Shown here piece by piece: positions 57,039-60,541 of a stretch of DNA of 60,541 nucleotides (position 1 is the stretch's first letter; every line of letters starts with the position of its first letter). The notes beneath the pieces are model-generated. The model did not search any database, was not told where the DNA came from, and saw only the letters and a list, made by a program, of their open reading frames with translations. The position numbers and the translations under genes were made by a program. The stretch comes from a virus (Duplodnaviria; Caudoviricetes), in the IMG/VR virus record IMGVR_UViG_3300012920_000041, positions 1 to 60,541 of that record. One strand, written 5' to 3'.

Positions 57039-58088
57039 TTATACTATTACGTAAAGTGTGTTAGCGTCTATGTTTCCTCCTGAAGTTAAGGTATTATATT
57101 CTGTTTGCGTTAATGAGACTATATTGTTAACTTTCGCCGACGCGAAACCGTCAGTTGAATTTGATACTACATTTAATATAGATATAGTTGTACTCTGCGT
57201 ACCACTAATAGAAATATTTTTTGCTGTGTTTGCAGCATCATATACTTGAGATGTATTGCCCGCGGCTATTGTTTGTGGTACTGTAGCCGCTAAATCTACT
57301 GTTACCTCTGCTACGCCACCATTATCTGCCACCGATGTATCAATACCAGATCCGCCAACTATTTTTACATCTTCTCCGTCTACAATATTTTGTTGCGTAC
57401 CTGTGTTAGCTAATAAATCCCAGCTATTCATAGTACCTCCAGCTGCTATAGTTCCCCAAGCACCATCACCTCTTAAATATGTACTTGCCGTGGGTGTGCC
57501 TGTTGCTGTTAATGATATTGTAGGTGCCTGTGCTGTACCTCCAACTAATATAAATGAAGTAGCCGCAACAGTACCTATTGCCGATGCTGCCGTTACGCTT
57601 GTTACCGCATCACTACCTACAGTTATTTCATTATTATTATTTGATATTGTTATAGGTGTTGATGGTATTAATTTTACAATAGACTTTACCCCTGCGCTAT
57701 CTGTTAATTCAATATCAGTATTTGAAGCATTAGTTATAGAGCCTAAGGTATATGTTACTTGTGTGCCAGTACCTACAGGTTCGGCCCATTGGCCATCACC
57801 TCTATAAAAGGTTGTAGCTCCGGGCGTTCCACCATTATTTGTTAATGCAATTGTCATATTGCCACTTGTAGTAATTGGTGAGTTCCCTATAGTTAAAAAA
57901 CCATCTGAATTAGTAAGGCCTACTGATGTTACAGTACCGCCTGTGCCGGCAGCAGGTATTAATCCTATAATATCTGATATAGCAAACGTTTTTGTTGGAT
58001 TTTCTCCGCTAGGATCTGATGTTAGCGTACCTATAAGCAGATCCGCCGAGGTTGGTGTAGCTTTAGGATATGAATATATTACTGCCAT
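57039..58088 (-). CDS. Tail fibre-like structural protein
   Basis: GTVTSVG and (F/Y)(Y/L)RGDG.W repeats; N-terminus paralogous to 53637-55631 (MA.I.SYP.ATP...DL..GT). Confidence 0.7.
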   Translation of the reverse strand: MAVIYSYPKATPTSADLLIGTLTSDPSGENPTKTFAISDIIGLIPAAGTGGTVTSVGLTNSDGFLTIGNSPITTSGNMTIALTNNGGTPGATTFYRGDGQWAEPVGTGTQVTYTLGSITNASNTDIELTDSAGVKSIVKLIPSTPITISNNNNEITVGSDAVTSVTAASAIGTVAATSFILVGGTAQAPTISLTATGTPTASTYLRGDGAWGTIAAGGTMNSWDLLANTGTQQNIVDGEDVKIVGGSGIDTSVADNGGVAEVTVDLAATVPQTIAAGNTSQVYDAANTAKNISISGTQSTTISILNVVSNSTDGFASAKVNNIVSLTQTEYNTLTSGGNIDANTLYVIV

Positions 58089-58094
58089 TGTGTT

Positions 58095-58283
58095 TTATTT
58101 AAATATTTTACTTCTTTTTAATGTAGTAGGCGACCCAGTACCATATTGTAGCTTCATAGTAGCAACATCGTTTGCTAGAATTGCTTTTGCTTTTTCGTAA
58201 TCTCCGCCTGCATCGGCCATTGCTTTTCCAAATGCGTTACCTTTTACAGGAGAGATTAGAGGCATTCCTTTAATTGCTTTCAT
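58095..58283 (-). CDS. Hypothetical protein, first gene of the late arm
   Basis: 62-aa ORF. Confidence 0.6.
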   Translation of the reverse strand: MKAIKGMPLISPVKGNAFGKAMADAGGDYEKAKAILANDVATMKLQYGTGSPTTLKRSKIFK

Positions 58284-58358
58284 ATTGTTGTTTTTAAAGT
58301 ATTTGTACTCATTATAAAATTACTCACTTCACAAGTATTTTACAATTTTTACCTAAGT

Positions 58359-58403
58359 GTGACGATAGGGTGCTATTATATATATTTAATAAGCTTTTGT
58401 CAC
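58359..58403. repeat. 45-bp element, copy 2 (inverted relative to 1422-1466)
   Basis: GTGACGATAGGGTGCTATTATATATATTTAATAAGCTTTTGTCAC. Confidence 0.7.
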
Positions 58404-58600
58404 TTTTTATATAAATTTTTATTAGATATAATGAGATGTTGGGTTGCCGCCTGTTATATGCGTGCAAAACAAATACGCAAACACGTTTTTTATTTTAGCA
58501 GCCCCCTGCTGTTTTTCGAAAAATTCCTGCAGGTTTCAGCTTTTTTCTGGTTTTGCATTGATCTTTCGGGTTTTTCCTGATGAAAACTGTCTAGCCCGTT

Positions 58601-58632
58601 TGCAAAAAAAATACGCTATCTATATGATAATA
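58601..58632 (+). promoter_or_regulatory. Early promoter-like motif copy
   Basis: TGCAAAAAAAATACG-N10-GATAATA. Confidence 0.75.
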
Positions 58633-58648
58633 ATATAAAATAGAAATT

Positions 58649-58798
58649 ATGAGAATACATGCAATCAAAGACTGGGAAGTTAAAGGATCAATAGTACAAG
58701 GAATGTGGGAGCTGTGGACTAAACGAGGAAGCACCTGGTATTTGCACGAAGTGAGTAAGGACATGAGCGATCTGATTAAAATAGCCAAGACGCTTTAA
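58649..58798 (+). CDS. Small early protein (49 aa, not in ORF track)
   Basis: MRIHAIKDWEVKGSIVQGMWELWTKRG..., directly after the motif. Confidence 0.6.
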   Translation: MRIHAIKDWEVKGSIVQGMWELWTKRGSTWYLHEVSKDMSDLIKIAKTL

Positions 58799-58846
58799 AC
58801 CTCACGCCTCCGGCCGACCTCACTATCTGCGACCGAGGCGAAGCCT

Positions 58847-58878
58847 TGCAAAAAAAATACGCAACTGCTTCGATAATA
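58847..58878 (+). promoter_or_regulatory. Early promoter-like motif copy
   Basis: TGCAAAAAAAATACG-N10-GATAATA. Confidence 0.75.
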
Positions 58879-58919
58879 GCATAAAACCTCACGACCCCAT
58901 CGGGGGCTTGAAGAGGCCT

Positions 58920-58951
58920 TACAAAAAAAATACGTTCTTAGTATGATAATA
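58920..58951 (+). promoter_or_regulatory. Early promoter-like motif copy
   Basis: TACAAAAAAAATACG-N10-GATAATA. Confidence 0.75.
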
Positions 58952-58974
58952 TAATAAACTTTAAAACTAAAATT

Positions 58975-59124
58975 ATGAAAGAATACAATTTATTAAACGA
59001 AAAATTACAAAATAACACTATTACTAAATTAGAAAAGAAAAGACTGTTTCAGTTAGCATTTGGAAATGAATTTATGAATTCAAACGATAAAGGAACTTTA
59101 AAAGAGTACAAAGTTGCAAAATAA
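58975..59124 (+). CDS. Small early protein (49 aa, not in ORF track)
   Basis: MKEYNLLNEKLQNNTITKLEKKRLFQLAFG... Confidence 0.6.
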   Translation: MKEYNLLNEKLQNNTITKLEKKRLFQLAFGNEFMNSNDKGTLKEYKVAK

Positions 59125-59146
59125 ATACGTTACTTAACTGATAATA
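59115..59146 (+). promoter_or_regulatory. Early promoter-like motif copy
   Basis: TGCAAAATAAATACG-N10-GATAATA. Confidence 0.75.
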
Positions 59147-59244
59147 TAATAAAGTAAAATGAAAAATCATTTAATGCACATACATATAAATGATTACACC
59201 AGTAACCTAAAATAAATATACAAACTAATTAACACCTTTAAACG

Positions 59245-59442
59245 ATGAAAAACATCACTGAACCTCAAACAATTATAATTAATCAACCTGTCTTAGACCA
59301 AAGAATGGACAGAGCAAGCAAAATAGGTAAAGCAATGGCAAGATTAATCATACTTAAAACGATGTTAGATTATGATGATACAACCACAATTAAGACCTAT
59401 ATAGATGAAATTTATGACCAACTTGATAAAATAAAACTCTAA
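59245..59442 (+). CDS. Small early protein
   Basis: 65-aa ORF. Confidence 0.6.
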   Translation: MKNITEPQTIIINQPVLDQRMDRASKIGKAMARLIILKTMLDYDDTTTIKTYIDEIYDQLDKIKL

Positions 59443-59446
59443 TAAA

Positions 59447-59623
59447 ATGGCAATGACACAACAAGAAATAAACAGACAACAATCACGAGATATGTTGTTG
59501 GAAGCAAAAGTTGCTATACACACACTAGAAGAGCTAGGCCCAGATTATGCAATTTGGCAAAACGCAAAAGCAAGTTACAAGGCTTTAAAACAAATTAAAA
59601 AACAATTAAAATTAATAGGGTAA
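59447..59623 (+). CDS. Small early protein (58 aa, not in ORF track)
   Basis: MAMTQQEINRQQSRDMLLEAK...; TAATG coupling to the next ORF. Confidence 0.6.
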   Translation: MAMTQQEINRQQSRDMLLEAKVAIHTLEELGPDYAIWQNAKASYKALKQIKKQLKLIG

Positions 59624-59799
59624 TGAAACCATTTAAATATTTAACAGTACTAGATTTTGAGCAAGGAGACGTTTGTCAATACCCAGTAGGCCATGGGTCT
59701 ATAGACCATGAAGATATTGAAGAGAAAATAACTGAATTAGGTCACAACCTTACAAATTGTGAATGGATGTTACATAAAAACAAACCAATAATACATTAA
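59623..59799 (+). CDS. Small early protein (58 aa, not in ORF track)
   Basis: MKPFKYLTVLDFEQGDVCQY...NCEWM. Confidence 0.6.
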   Translation: MKPFKYLTVLDFEQGDVCQYPVGHGSIDHEDIEEKITELGHNLTNCEWMLHKNKPIIH

Positions 59800-59803
59800 C
59801 ATT

Positions 59804-59974
59804 ATGAAAAAACTAGAATATTTATCAGACCAAGAAATTGATATTTTATATTATGCTTTAAAAGCAAATATCAAAACCAGAGCACGAGTAAAATCCTTAA
59901 GTGATTTAACCGACGAAGACAAGTACAGTTTTAAAGAATCATTAAACCTTTTAGAAGAATTATCTAAACTTTAA
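59804..59974 (+). CDS. Small early protein (56 aa, not in ORF track)
   Basis: MKKLEYLSDQEIDILYYALK... Confidence 0.55.
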   Translation: MKKLEYLSDQEIDILYYALKANIKTRARVKSLSDLTDEDKYSFKESLNLLEELSKL

Positions 59975-59985
59975 AAAATACTTAG

Positions 59986-60300
59986 ATGAAAAATAAAGAC
60001 ACTTACAACGGTTGGAAGAACTATGAGACCTGGAAGGTCCAGCATGAAGTCTTAGGGCCATATGAGCACTATACAGAGGACTTAACAACCAGTTATCTTA
60101 TGCCCAATACAAACCATTATACTGACAAGGATTTAATCCAGGTCATAGCTACACGGTTAATGATAGATGTTGAAAATTTTATAAATGAAAGCCCAAAGGT
60201 TTGGAGCAATATGAATATTGATAAATATAATGATATTGATTTTTATGAAATTGCCACGCTAATGTTAGAGGATTACAAAACTAATACGATAGTCGATTGA
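59986..60300 (+). CDS. Early protein
   Basis: YNGWKNYETW N-terminal motif, IDFYEIA. Confidence 0.7.
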   Translation: MKNKDTYNGWKNYETWKVQHEVLGPYEHYTEDLTTSYLMPNTNHYTDKDLIQVIATRLMIDVENFINESPKVWSNMNIDKYNDIDFYEIATLMLEDYKTNTIVD

Positions 60301-60305
60301 TAATA
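60274..60305 (+). promoter_or_regulatory. Early promoter-like motif copy
   Basis: TACAAAACTAATACG-N10-GATAATA. Confidence 0.7.
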
Positions 60306-60320
60306 TAATAAATTAATAAT

Positions 60321-60512
60321 ATGAAACAATTAACCAAAAAAGACCTTGAAGCTAAGCTATTACAAGTGGCTCAGTTTGAACAAAAATATGGTGAATGTAC
60401 AGAATCCAGAGCAATGAAAAAGTTTTGTACAGACCCAGTCTATAGAGACCGAGTAAGAGAATTTAATAAAGCAAGTATAAATTCAATAGTAGGATATGAA
60501 AAATATAAATAA
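60321..60512 (+). CDS. Small early protein
   Basis: 63-aa ORF after the motif. Confidence 0.6.
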   Translation: MKQLTKKDLEAKLLQVAQFEQKYGECTESRAMKKFCTDPVYRDRVREFNKASINSIVGYEKYK

Positions 60513-60541
60513 TATGAAAACATTTGATAGATATAAACAAA

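Noticed and set aside
46562-58088. Diversity-generating retroelement acting on the fibres
   Set aside because: No reverse transcriptase and no near-identical TR/VR pair with adenine-specific differences noticed
58368-58395. XerCD dif site within the 45-bp element
   Set aside because: Starts GGTGC like E. coli dif but lacks the conserved XerD arm TTATGTTAAAT; no integrase gene
58795-58920. tRNA genes in the GC-rich patch
   Set aside because: Units are too short, with no T-loop GTTCRA or cloverleaf
58601-60305. CRISPR array or mini-array
   Set aside because: Repeats are bipartite with a variable core, irregularly spaced and mostly separated by ORFs; no cas genes
60514-60541. Exact circular closure of the window
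   Set aside because: Joining end to start truncates the last ORF (MKTFDRYKQN-stop) and no terminal repeat is visible; both ends are early-region DNA, so a gap probably remains
1-60541. Stop-codon reassignment
   Set aside because: Core genes are intact and densely packed under the standard bacterial code

Overview
AT-rich, near-complete genome of a tailed dsDNA phage. It is most likely a lytic podovirus-like phage of a Bacteroidota (Flavobacteriia-type) host; the host is inferred from gene content and A/T-rich leaders without Shine-Dalgarno sites. The + strand arm (58.6 kb to the end, and 1-12 kb) carries small early ORFs, a DnaA-domain-IV-like protein, a Rep-like HTH protein, a sigma70 factor, ERF/RecE-like/SSB recombination genes, a primase-helicase, a ThyA-family enzyme, MazG-like pyrophosphatases, an endonuclease I-like resolvase and class I RNR. 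The - strand arm (12-58.3 kb) carries tail fibres, GroEL/GroES, holin, terminase, portal, scaffold, capsid, tail and ejection proteins, a PAP2 phosphatase and an M15 endolysin. No DNA polymerase, integrase, tRNA or CRISPR array was recognised. Main candidates for novelty: (1) a sigma70-like module inside the 1979-aa putative ejection protein, next to a zincin protease motif, paired with a seven-copy non-host promoter motif (CAAA..AAYACG-N10-GATAATA) ahead of early genes, suggesting a virion-injected sigma factor; (2) a ThyA homologue with the Asn-to-Asp specificity switch typical of dCMP-acting enzymes, followed by two NTP-pyrophosphatase-like genes; (3) a 45-bp element present twice in inverted orientation, once over the start of the Rep-like gene. 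All assignments come from reading motifs by eye; no database search was run.
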